A stretch of DNA of 64,000 nucleotides from a virus: positions 7,601 through 71,600 of IMG/VR virus record IMGVR_UViG_3300030012_001696. One strand, written 5' to 3'. Below, piece by piece: positions 1-7,749 of this stretch; within the stretch, counting starts at the first letter, position 1, and each line of letters opens with the position of its first letter. Position numbers and translations under genes: made by a program. The notes below the pieces were generated by a model. The model made no database searches. It was not told the DNA's origin and saw only the letters and a program-made list of their open reading frames with translations.

Positions 1-1109
1 GTTTTAAAAAATGGAACATTTTCTACAACGCTTTTTCTAAATTCTCCATCTTTCATCAAATTGTCAAATTGGTCTTTTTCCATAACAACTTGTTTAGTTT
101 TTGTTTGAGCTTGTACTAATTGCGCTTCTAGTAAAGCTTCTTGTTCAGCAATTTGAGATTGCATTTCTTTATACATTTTTTCTAGTTCTAGAACCATTCT
201 ATCTTCTAAAATTTTACCTTGTTCTACATCTGATTGTAAAGATAATTCTGTTTCTTTAATTTTTAACATCATTTCTTTTTTATATTCTTCAATAGATTCA
301 AATGTAGTTCTTTGTATATTTTTTACTTCTTGTTCAGACAAAGGTTGTTTTATCCAAGCGTTAACAAAAGGTATTTTTTCTTTTGTGTATACTTCGTAAA
401 AATCAAGTATATCATCTTGTTCTCCTTCTAAATTAAAAGCTTCTTGTTCTAAATCTCCTGGTTGAATACTATCTGATTCATGAATGTCTCTTCTAGAATA
501 TTGTTTACTTTCAGTACTTCCTGAAGCACGTACAATTTTACGTTTCATATCTGGAAACATTTGTATTAATGAAGTTTTTGGAATATTTTTTTGTACAATA
601 ATGTAATTAGCATCTCTAAATAAAAAATCTCTACTCATTGGGTCTACATATACATCATAAGGGTCTATAGATTTATATACTACTTCACCCATACCTTTAT
701 CAGCATCAGCATCTATTTCTATTTTAAAAAACCCTAAACCTTTTACTAAAGAATCTTGTATAACTTGTGAAAATAAACTTTTACCACTAGATAAATGCCA
801 ACAATAATCTGCAACCATACTATGAATATGTGCAATATCTGCATCACTACCTTCTACACCAACTGCTTGCCATCTAGGATTATTAGCTGTAATAAAAAAT
901 TTCATAATATCAATCGCTGGTGTAATACGATTAATAATAAAGTCTGGCATACCACCTTCTCTTAAATCTTCTTTTTCTTCTGCTGACAATTGGTCGTTTA
1001 GATAAAAATCCATACTTTTTTGAGAATCGCTAAACCATTTTTTTCTATAATAATTATTAGCTTTTTTAAAAAGTTGTCTATTTACTTCTGCTTTACTTTT
1101 ACGTGCCAT
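1..1109 (-). CDS. Portal protein A (P22-like), partial; runs off the window start
   Basis: Not in the ORF track. My translation from the ATG at 1109 (MARKSKAEVNRQLFKK...DADKGMGEVVYKSIDPYDVYVDPMSRDFLFRDA) aligns with portal 55910-57889 (DADYGRGEVKYTHVDPFRVYVDPASRDRFFNDA). It lies downstream of TerL. Confidence 0.85.
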   Translation of the reverse strand, partial: MARKSKAEVNRQLFKKANNYYRKKWFSDSQKSMDFYLNDQLSAEEKEDLREGGMPDFIINRITPAIDIMKFFITANNPRWQAVGVEGSDADIAHIHSMVADYCWHLSSGKSLFSQVIQDSLVKGLGFFKIEIDADADKGMGEVVYKSIDPYDVYVDPMSRDFLFRDANYIIVQKNIPKTSLIQMFPDMKRKIVRASGSTESKQYSRRDIHESDSIQPGDLEQEAFNLEGEQDDILDFYEVYTKEKIPFVNAWIKQPLSEQEVKNIQRTTFESIEEYKKEMMLKIKETELSLQSDVEQGKILEDRMVLELEKMYKEMQSQIAEQEALLEAQLVQAQTKTKQVVMEKDQFDNLMKDGEFRKSVVENVPFFK

Positions 1110-1110
1110 A

Positions 1111-1503
1111 TTAATCCCTTATTTCAAAATGTGGTAAATCATCAAAATTGTTATCTTTTAATTCAGTATCTCTATCCCAGTCTCCACCCCAACGTATAGT
1201 TAATCCCATTGAAGCGGCAATACCCATAACAAATCCAGCAAAGTATGTAAAGCGTTCTCTATCTTTCCAATCTATAGGATAAGGTGCTACATCTACAGCT
1301 AATGAAGGATATTGGTTATGTTTACCTTTAGGATATTTTAATTTGCTAAAACCTTTTTCAAACAATTCGTTTTGTTCTTTTTCTCCACGATGTCCTTGTA
1401 ATACCGAACAATCAAAATCTTCAACTACTCTTTCAAATAGTTCAATTAATCTTGGGTCGCAAGTATTTAATCTTTGTTGTGATTTTTTTCCAAATTTAGG
1501 CAT
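1111..1503 (-). CDS. Endolysin, M15 family L-Ala-D-Glu peptidase
   Basis: GHR..EQNELF, KH...SLAVD, IRWGGDW and DLPHFE motifs typical of T5/Ply500-like M15 peptidases. Confidence 0.9.
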   Translation of the reverse strand: MPKFGKKSQQRLNTCDPRLIELFERVVEDFDCSVLQGHRGEKEQNELFEKGFSKLKYPKGKHNQYPSLAVDVAPYPIDWKDRERFTYFAGFVMGIAASMGLTIRWGGDWDRDTELKDNNFDDLPHFEIRD

Positions 1504-1916
1504 TATTTTAATTTTAATAAGTGATTAAAAATTATATCTTTTGCTGATTTTGCTTTTTGACGCAACACTTCTGCGTTAGTAGGTGCATCAGGATATACTT
1601 CTCCATACTCTTCATCTGTTAAAGATGTAGGTTCAAACCATTTATCAAATAATTCTTTATTACCATCTAACAATAAATGATATGGAGCTTGTTCTTGTCT
1701 AGCTACATAAAGAATTTGTGCATGTGTATAATCATGTTTTTTTAATAAATTATATCTTTGTTCTGCTTTTCTAGTAGTTGAATCATAACCAATTGCTCCT
1801 TCAGAAATTTTAAAACCATTATCCATTAAAGTTTTTTTTAATTCATTTACTTGTTGTTCATTTTCATAAGGTCCTAATTGAACTGGTCTTTTATCTTGCA
1901 TCATGCTACTATCCAA
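1503..1916 (-). CDS. Hypothetical protein; N-terminus weakly resembles a peptidoglycan-binding module
   Basis: Translationally coupled between TerL and the endolysin; VNELKKTLMDNGF...GYDSTTRKA pattern. Confidence 0.5.
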   Translation of the reverse strand: MDSSMMQDKRPVQLGPYENEQQVNELKKTLMDNGFKISEGAIGYDSTTRKAEQRYNLLKKHDYTHAQILYVARQEQAPYHLLLDGNKELFDKWFEPTSLTDEEYGEVYPDAPTNAEVLRQKAKSAKDIIFNHLLKLK

Positions 1917-3472
1917 CTTTTTGCTTTACGTTTTGGTTTATACCATTTTGGTTTATCTGTTCCATTGTTTGCATAATTAGGCGGAAATGCGTGTAAATTT
2001 GCATAATAAAGTGCTTCAATTGTGTCATCATGCGCCATTCTTGGTCCGAAAGTTACAATTTCGTTAACCAAATCAAACATATTTTCCCTTAAATATAATG
2101 AACCTACAGAAAAAATGCCAGATAAACCTGAATAAATTCTGTTTCTTTTTTGTTGTCCACCTGGTTTTTCAGGTATTACAGCTATATCATAACGATTAAT
2201 TCTTCTTCTTTCATCATTTAATGCTTGAAGAATACTACGATTCATAGCAACATCTTCTACTGTAGCTTGTTTACAATTATATTTTTTATACAACTCAATA
2301 ATATAATCTACTACACCTTTTTTATCTATAATGTTTCCATCAACATCTTTTGCTCCTAATGTAGGAATACTACGATGACGTTCATATTCTAATACATAAC
2401 GATTATTATTTGCATCAACTGCAATTACCATAATTACACTAAAGTCTGCATTTTTTGTATTAATGTCTGTTGCTGGGTCGCATCCAATAAAAGTATTTAC
2501 AGGAGTTTGTACACCATCAATATTAATATATCCTTGACTTTCGCTTTCATTATAATCGTAATAACCTTCCCAATATTTTACGTGTTTTCTACCCCAAACT
2601 GAATCTTCTTCAGATTGTACTTCCATCATATATTCTTGATAAAATTTACTAGGCGTTCCACTATCTTGATAAAACTTTTTCTTTTCTTCTAATTTAGATA
2701 TAGGAAACCAACTATCCCATAATGACGTTCCATCTGGTTGAATTGCTTTATAAGTAATTACTCTCCACGCAAAATCATCTTTGCTTTTTTTACTACGTTC
2801 ATAATTAATGATGAGGTTATTGATAAAGCTATCATAGTGCACAGGAGTGCCATTGACCCGAAGACGACCAGTATGAGGCTCAATAGCAGGATAAACAACA
2901 GCAGTAACGAGATTGCTATTCTTAGCCCGTGCTTCAGCTGTAATAGTATTTGCTTCGTGTTCAAAGTCGTCAAGAATGATGAGGTCGTATCTTTTGTGTA
3001 ATTTAGCACCCCCTCTAATACCCGCAACATTCGATTTACTAATAAGTTTACATCCATTGGCTAACTCCACATCTTCTTCTGTCCATTTTTTTCCCTTCAA
3101 ACTACCAAAGTAGTATTTTATTTTTTCATTGTATTCAAAGTGGTACTTAATATAATCCATATTACCAGTACTTAATTTTTGTGTTGCTGATACCCAAGCG
3201 TAAAACAACATATCGTCTTTTGGACAAAAACAAAAATCTTTAATAATAGAACATTTAGTTAACACAGTTTTTCCGTGTCCTCTAGGTAAAATAACAGCTA
3301 ATTGTTTTACACTATTATCATCAATAGCATCAGCCATTTCGTAATGGAATGGAGGTGTTTCACTCCTCATGAAATCATCGGGAAGAAAAAGTTTACCAAA
3401 AGCTATTAAGTCTTTACTTGCTAGTTTTAGTGCTTTTTCTGCTTTGCTTACGTTGTTCTTGTTTATGTTCAT
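1901..3472 (-). CDS. terL: Terminase large subunit A
   Basis: Walker A LPRGHGKT, Walker B LIILDDFE, NGTP coupling motif, nuclease GCDPA...DFS and HDDTIEA. Confidence 0.95.
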   Translation of the reverse strand: MNINKNNVSKAEKALKLASKDLIAFGKLFLPDDFMRSETPPFHYEMADAIDDNSVKQLAVILPRGHGKTVLTKCSIIKDFCFCPKDDMLFYAWVSATQKLSTGNMDYIKYHFEYNEKIKYYFGSLKGKKWTEEDVELANGCKLISKSNVAGIRGGAKLHKRYDLIILDDFEHEANTITAEARAKNSNLVTAVVYPAIEPHTGRLRVNGTPVHYDSFINNLIINYERSKKSKDDFAWRVITYKAIQPDGTSLWDSWFPISKLEEKKKFYQDSGTPSKFYQEYMMEVQSEEDSVWGRKHVKYWEGYYDYNESESQGYINIDGVQTPVNTFIGCDPATDINTKNADFSVIMVIAVDANNNRYVLEYERHRSIPTLGAKDVDGNIIDKKGVVDYIIELYKKYNCKQATVEDVAMNRSILQALNDERRRINRYDIAVIPEKPGGQQKRNRIYSGLSGIFSVGSLYLRENMFDLVNEIVTFGPRMAHDDTIEALYYANLHAFPPNYANNGTDKPKWYKPKRKAKSWIVA

Positions 3473-3641
3473 TTTCCATGAACTCTACGAATTTGTCTTT
3501 GTCTTTTTTCATAACGATATATTTATCTAAAATATTATCTATCATTACAATATGTTGTTGAAGTTGCATAAGGTGTAGCTCTATGCCTTTTATAGCACGA
3601 ACCATATCGCCTTTAGTTACCCCTTTTCTTTGTATCGGCAT
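3414..3641 (-). CDS. Hypothetical protein
   Basis: ORF with AGGAG RBS within the operon. Confidence 0.6.
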   Translation of the reverse strand: MPIQRKGVTKGDMVRAIKGIELHLMQLQQHIVMIDNILDKYIVMKKDKDKFVEFMENEHKQEQRKQSRKSTKTSK

Positions 3642-3647
3642 AATCTC

Positions 3648-3914
3648 CTACCATTTAACTTTATTAGCCCAATAAGCTGCTGACATCTTACCTTTTTTAA
3701 TATTTTTTCTATGTCTAGCTTTAAACGATTTAGCTCTTTTAGTCATAGTTCTATCACCAGTTTTCCCTTGTTGACCAAATCTAATAGTTTTAATTTTACT
3801 ACCTTCTTTTGCTACAACAATGTGAGATTTTGTTTTGTGACTAGGAGTTCGTTTAGGTTTATTATAACCCGATACACCAGCTCGTTTGAGTCTTGGGTCT
3901 TTTTTTCTACTCAT
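3648..3914 (-). CDS. Small highly basic phage protein
   Basis: K/R-rich; IRFGQQG...SFKARH...SAAYWA pattern common in marine phages. Confidence 0.75.
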   Translation of the reverse strand: MSRKKDPRLKRAGVSGYNKPKRTPSHKTKSHIVVAKEGSKIKTIRFGQQGKTGDRTMTKRAKSFKARHRKNIKKGKMSAAYWANKVKW

Positions 3915-4051
3915 GTTCCTTGTCCTCTATAACGTTTTTTGTAATAGTTTTTACTACCTTTAGTTCCATATTTTGTTCTATGGCTTTGACCTTGTCTGGT
4001 TTTTTTCTTACCATTCGTGTGTCTTTTAACTTGTGGTCGTAAACCTCTCAT
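3911..4051 (-). CDS. 46-aa basic microprotein (MRGLRPQVKRHTNGKKKTRQG...KRYRGQGT)
   Basis: Below the ORF-track cutoff; overlapping start/stop coupling on both sides; clear homolog at 51943-52086. Confidence 0.8.
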   Translation of the reverse strand: MRGLRPQVKRHTNGKKKTRQGQSHRTKYGTKGSKNYYKKRYRGQGT

Positions 4052-4230
4052 CGTTTCTTTTTACGTTTTTTAGCAGTTTTAGCGGCTCTTTTGAAATTAG
4101 CTGCAGTAGGAGCGCCTTTGCTTCCAGGTTTTCTCATACGTTCTCCTGAACCTGCTTTAATACGTTTACGCTTTGCATGTATGTTAGCGTATAATCCTTT
4201 CTTTTTACTTTTTCTTTTTTTTACTGGCAC
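4048..4230 (-). CDS. Small basic protein (GLYANIHAKRKRIKAGSGE family)
   Basis: K/R-rich peptide of a type frequent in marine phages. Confidence 0.7.
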   Translation of the reverse strand: MPVKKRKSKKKGLYANIHAKRKRIKAGSGERMRKPGSKGAPTAANFKRAAKTAKKRKKKR

Positions 4231-4318
4231 GTTTCATACCTTTTTTTCTACCTGCAGCTTTTGCTTTTTTAGAGGGTCTACCTCTCTTACTTCCGTAAGT
4301 ACCTTTTCCATATGGCAT
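4205..4318 (-). CDS. 37-aa basic microprotein (MPYGKGTYGSKRGRPSKK...)
   Basis: GGAG RBS upstream; translated by eye; fills the gap in the operon. Confidence 0.65.
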   Translation of the reverse strand: MPYGKGTYGSKRGRPSKKAKAAGRKKGMKRASKKKKK

Positions 4319-4319
4319 T

Positions 4320-5207
4320 TTAATTCTCCCAACAGTTTATTTTATCTTTAGTAAATTCCATTGTTATCCACCCAGTTCGTTGTATTCCATAAAAAGAATA
4401 TCTTGCATAATCTGCGTAGCGTAAAAATGAACCTCCTCTAATATACCACTTTCTTTTTAAAGTTTCCAGACCTTCTTCATCAATAGTTAAAGAATCTATA
4501 GGTTTGCAATATAGTTGGTGATTATGTCCTAAGAAAAATACATCCCCATCACTATACACTGATGCCATTTTATCTAATTCAGTATCACCATTTTTAGCAC
4601 CACTTTTACCATGTCCACTAACCATGTACCAGTCTTTACCTTGTATTGTAATACGTGCATATCCAGGTAATCTATAGTAAGGAACACCCATTTCACTTGC
4701 TAATGTTTTGCAAATATCAAAGTCTAATATATTAAAACTTCGTAAATAATCATGATTACCACCACGAATAAACAAACATTTATCAGCAATTGGTTGTACC
4801 AATTTTAAAAATGCTAAGTATTGTTGTTCGGGTGTCATACATTGTCCACGTTGATTAATGTTATAGTTAGGCGGTATAAGTTCTATCATATCACCATTAC
4901 CAAACCATCGTGCATTTGGGTCTTCGTAAATAATTTTTATAGCTTCTTGGAACTTTTTTAAATCAAATTCGTTAGCACCTACGTGTACATCCGTTAATCC
5001 GTGCACTCTAAGTTTTTCATCGCTATCAACAGCAAATACTTTACCTGGTTCTATTTCTAATTTGTCATACTCTTTTACATCACTAGGTATAGGTATTGAA
5101 AACCATTTACCACACGATTTACAACTAAATTGTTGTTTGACAGTATCTTTATTTCGTTTCTTGCCCTCTTTTTTAGTGAGCATACTACTACAATGTGGAC
5201 AAATCAT
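4320..5207 (-). CDS. Calcineurin-like metallophosphoesterase with N-terminal zinc ribbon
   Basis: CPHC...CKSC; DVHVG, GNGD, GGNHD, HG and GHNH motifs. Confidence 0.85.
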   Translation of the reverse strand: MICPHCSSMLTKKEGKKRNKDTVKQQFSCKSCGKWFSIPIPSDVKEYDKLEIEPGKVFAVDSDEKLRVHGLTDVHVGANEFDLKKFQEAIKIIYEDPNARWFGNGDMIELIPPNYNINQRGQCMTPEQQYLAFLKLVQPIADKCLFIRGGNHDYLRSFNILDFDICKTLASEMGVPYYRLPGYARITIQGKDWYMVSGHGKSGAKNGDTELDKMASVYSDGDVFFLGHNHQLYCKPIDSLTIDEEGLETLKRKWYIRGGSFLRYADYARYSFYGIQRTGWITMEFTKDKINCWEN

Positions 5208-5983
5208 TAGTCCTCCTGTGTTGTTTCTGGTAATATTTTGCGTTGAGCACCTTCTATTTCATCAGGACTAAACCCTTGAAACAATCCTACTACACCTGTT
5301 TCTACTTTTTTAACTTGATTGCCTAACGTACCTATAGCTTTACCTAATTCTTTAATAGATTGTAATGCTATGTTTTGGTCTTCGCTAGTATCAGCTAGTT
5401 GTTTCAACGAACCTAATATGTATGCGTGGTCAATGCCTAGTTCTTTAGCTACTTCTTTAGAAGTTTTTTCTATTTCACTCATTACTCGCTCCTGTTTTAG
5501 TAATATTACTGCTTTTTTACGTGCAGTATTACGATTTTTTTCAGTAAACGCTTTCATATAAGCACTTACAGCATCCTTTCCAACTGCGACGCTAGTCGCA
5601 AAAATTTTTTCTTTATTGGTACACTTCGTGCGTTGTTTAACTCTTTTGTTTGTATTTTTAATTTTTTGTGAAAATGTGTATCTATTAGGGTGTTTGGCAA
5701 AATCGGTATCCATATATGTCTTTGCACTTCTTATAAATGTACCAACAACAGTTCTGACATAACCATCATTACTAGAATAGTTTTTGCTATCCTTCGGATG
5801 GTGCAGATTTTCAGATACTTTTAATAATTGTATTATGCGCCCATCATCGCTAAGTACCCAATCGCCCTCTCGCCCTTTTCTCCAATCTTTAACAAGAGGG
5901 GTCACTGGATAAGTTTCTCTAAATTCTTCAGTATTATCGTAAATGTAATGACGTACTCGTTTGATAACCTTACTTTGTGGCAT
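5207..5983 (-). CDS. Putative terminase small subunit A
   Basis: Upstream of TerL; C-terminal AYMKAF...A..LLK HTH-like segment; homolog of 60073-60828. Confidence 0.6.
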   Translation of the reverse strand: MPQSKVIKRVRHYIYDNTEEFRETYPVTPLVKDWRKGREGDWVLSDDGRIIQLLKVSENLHHPKDSKNYSSNDGYVRTVVGTFIRSAKTYMDTDFAKHPNRYTFSQKIKNTNKRVKQRTKCTNKEKIFATSVAVGKDAVSAYMKAFTEKNRNTARKKAVILLKQERVMSEIEKTSKEVAKELGIDHAYILGSLKQLADTSEDQNIALQSIKELGKAIGTLGNQVKKVETGVVGLFQGFSPDEIEGAQRKILPETTQED

Positions 5984-6278
5984 TCTTTTTTTCTAGTTGT
6001 TTATGTAATGATTCAATCAAAAACATTACTTGTTTTGGTATAAAATACTTTGTTCCGTTGATTTCTATAGGTACACTACTAGTTCCCTCGTCTGCATCCA
6101 TATCGTCTATTTCATTTAGTACATAACCTTCTTCTTCTATTTCAGATATAAGTATTTTTTCTAGCTTTACAAGCTTTTGTATATGTTCAAGTATTTTAAC
6201 TTGCTCTTTATACGGCAACTTGCCTAGCCATTTTATTGCTATTCCCATTGATTTTCCTTGACAAACTTTAGAAAACAC
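5970..6278 (-). CDS. Hypothetical protein (true start probably MGIAIKW, ~6248)
   Basis: ORF in the operon. Confidence 0.55.
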   Translation of the reverse strand: MFSKVCQGKSMGIAIKWLGKLPYKEQVKILEHIQKLVKLEKILISEIEEEGYVLNEIDDMDADEGTSSVPIEINGTKYFIPKQVMFLIESLHKQLEKKNATK

Positions 6279-6335
6279 CTTATTTTTAAGCTACCAAGTA
6301 GCTACTAAACAGATAACTAAGTTATATAACTAGTT

Positions 6336-6518
6336 CTATTTCTTTTTCTTTGGTACTTTCTTTTTCTTTAACTCGGCAGCTGCTCGTTCTTTTTCAGCTA
6401 AAATATCTAAGACAGCTTCTTCAAGCATCTCTTGTTCTCTTTGTTCAGCTAATTCAGCTTCTCGTCTAGCTACACCAGTTAAACCAGTCTTTTCTAAGTC
6501 TTTAGTTGTATACGTCAT
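6336..6518 (-). CDS. Hypothetical protein, possibly leaderless
   Basis: ATG lies 5 nt downstream of a putative -10 (TAAGTT) with no SD sequence. Confidence 0.5.
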   Translation of the reverse strand: MTYTTKDLEKTGLTGVARREAELAEQREQEMLEEAVLDILAEKERAAAELKKKKVPKKKK

Positions 6519-6523
6519 AATAT

Positions 6524-6552
6524 AACTTATGTATAACCCATGTTATTTCCAA
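6524..6552 (-). promoter_or_regulatory. Putative sigma70-type promoter for packaging operon A (TTGGAA-17-TAAGTT)
   Basis: Read on the minus strand; the same TAAGTT -10 is seen upstream of operon B (~62532). Confidence 0.4.
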
Positions 6553-6635
6553 GAAAAAATATAGCATTTTGAAATGGACCTATATACACACACCCTACCC
6601 CCCTTCGGTGGGTTTCGGTTTTTGTAGTTTACGTT

Positions 6636-6944
6636 ATGAGTGAAAATATATCTCAAGACCTAGTAAATGATGTGCCTAGTGAAGTAAAAGAACTTGTTAA
6701 TGACTTAACAAAGAAGTACTTTGCGAATGCTCAGCAGATTACTAAGATGCAAGCTATGGGTGTTAGAACCAAGATTCAACCATGGCAATTATCAAGTCAG
6801 TTCAAAGCAGACATTCAATTAGTTACTCAAGAACTTACTCGTTTCTACATGACACCTCAGCGTGTTAATGACAATGAGTCAAGACTGAGCACTCTTGAAA
6901 GTAAGCTAGACTCACTGATAGATGCATTGAAGCCGCCTAAATAA
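6636..6944 (+). CDS. Hypothetical early protein
   Basis: First ORF of the divergent plus-strand arm; C-terminal coiled coil. Confidence 0.6.
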   Translation: MSENISQDLVNDVPSEVKELVNDLTKKYFANAQQITKMQAMGVRTKIQPWQLSSQFKADIQLVTQELTRFYMTPQRVNDNESRLSTLESKLDSLIDALKPPK

Positions 6945-7147
6945 GCGGAGGTCCCAAGTTTTAGGGTTGTACTTGGTTAATCAACAGCCCTAACCTATCT
7001 AACTCTCTACTCTTTGAAGTTATAGTTACTTAGGTTTTTAGAATTATCTACTATTAATATTAACATATGGCAGTAGATTGTGAGTAGAGGGACCATAATA
7101 GTCGTATTATCGGAGGAGAGGTAATACCCGCATATATATACACATTA

Positions 7148-7167
7148 TGTGGATAACATGGGGATAA
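7148..7167. promoter_or_regulatory. Tandem DnaA boxes (TGTGGATAA, TGGGGATAA)
   Basis: Reverse complement TTATCCACA (perfect) and TTATCCCCA (one mismatch), 11 bp apart, after a TATATATA run. Confidence 0.55.
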
Positions 7168-7190
7168 ACATAAATCCTCTTTAAAGAGCT

Positions 7191-7276
7191 TCTGTAATAA
7201 CTATCACGACGTCGTAGCTTACCGAAAGGTTGAAGCGGTCAATATAGTTAGAATACGGCTATTATAGACATATTCT
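7191..7276 (+). ncRNA. Compact pseudoknotted structured RNA candidate
   Basis: Pairings: 7191-99/7260-68, 7200-04/7244-48, GCTT-ACC-GAAA-GGT-TG-AAGC hairpin, and crossing pair GTCGTA 7211-16/TACGGC 7254-59. Confidence 0.5.
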
Positions 7277-7309
7277 GAATAAACATATAACTATGAAATG
7301 GAGTGAACT

Positions 7310-7483
7310 ATGACTAAAGAAGTAATAAAAGAAATTGGTAATGTATTAACTAGTGGTTATCTTAACAATAATAAAGTGTTTACTATCTTATCTTTATTAG
7401 TGGCGAATGGTGACGCTAATGCGGATATGAACATGGAGGAAATTGATAGAGTCCTTCGTGAGCATTTTACTATCAAAAACTAA
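7310..7483 (+). CDS. 57-aa hypothetical early protein
   Basis: GGAGTG RBS; MTKEVIKEIGNV... translated by eye. Confidence 0.6.
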   Translation: MTKEVIKEIGNVLTSGYLNNNKVFTILSLLVANGDANADMNMEEIDRVLREHFTIKN

Positions 7484-7588
7484 ATTATGAGGGAGTAGGT
7501 AGAGCGACTAAGCAATCATTATATATACCATTAGTTAGTTCACTTCTCCTACTTCCTTATATTAATCTATAACTTACATGGAGGTCCT

Positions 7589-7741
7589 ATGTATATTAGA
7601 TTAGAAAAGTCCTTTAATGACTATCTTAGGATAAGTTATGAAGGCAATGGTATGTGGTATTATCGTTGGAATGGTCTAGTTCCAAATGATAATGTTGATA
7701 CCTGGACTATGATTGATGTAGTCCTAGCCTTTCTTAAATGA
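7589..7741 (+). CDS. 50-aa hypothetical early protein
   Basis: GGAGG RBS; MYIRLEKSFND... translated by eye. Confidence 0.6.
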   Translation: MYIRLEKSFNDYLRISYEGNGMWYYRWNGLVPNDNVDTWTMIDVVLAFLK

Positions 7742-7749
7742 AGGGCTTT

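Noticed and set aside
4320-5207. IS1 InsA-like transposase (N-terminal CxxC...CxxC)
   Set aside because: The zinc ribbon is fused to a complete metallophosphoesterase, with no inverted repeats or DDE domain.
1-6600. Terminal direct repeat or circular overlap with 55900-62500
   Set aside because: The gene content is paralogous, but the proteins differ throughout and the accessory genes are different, so it is not an identical repeat.
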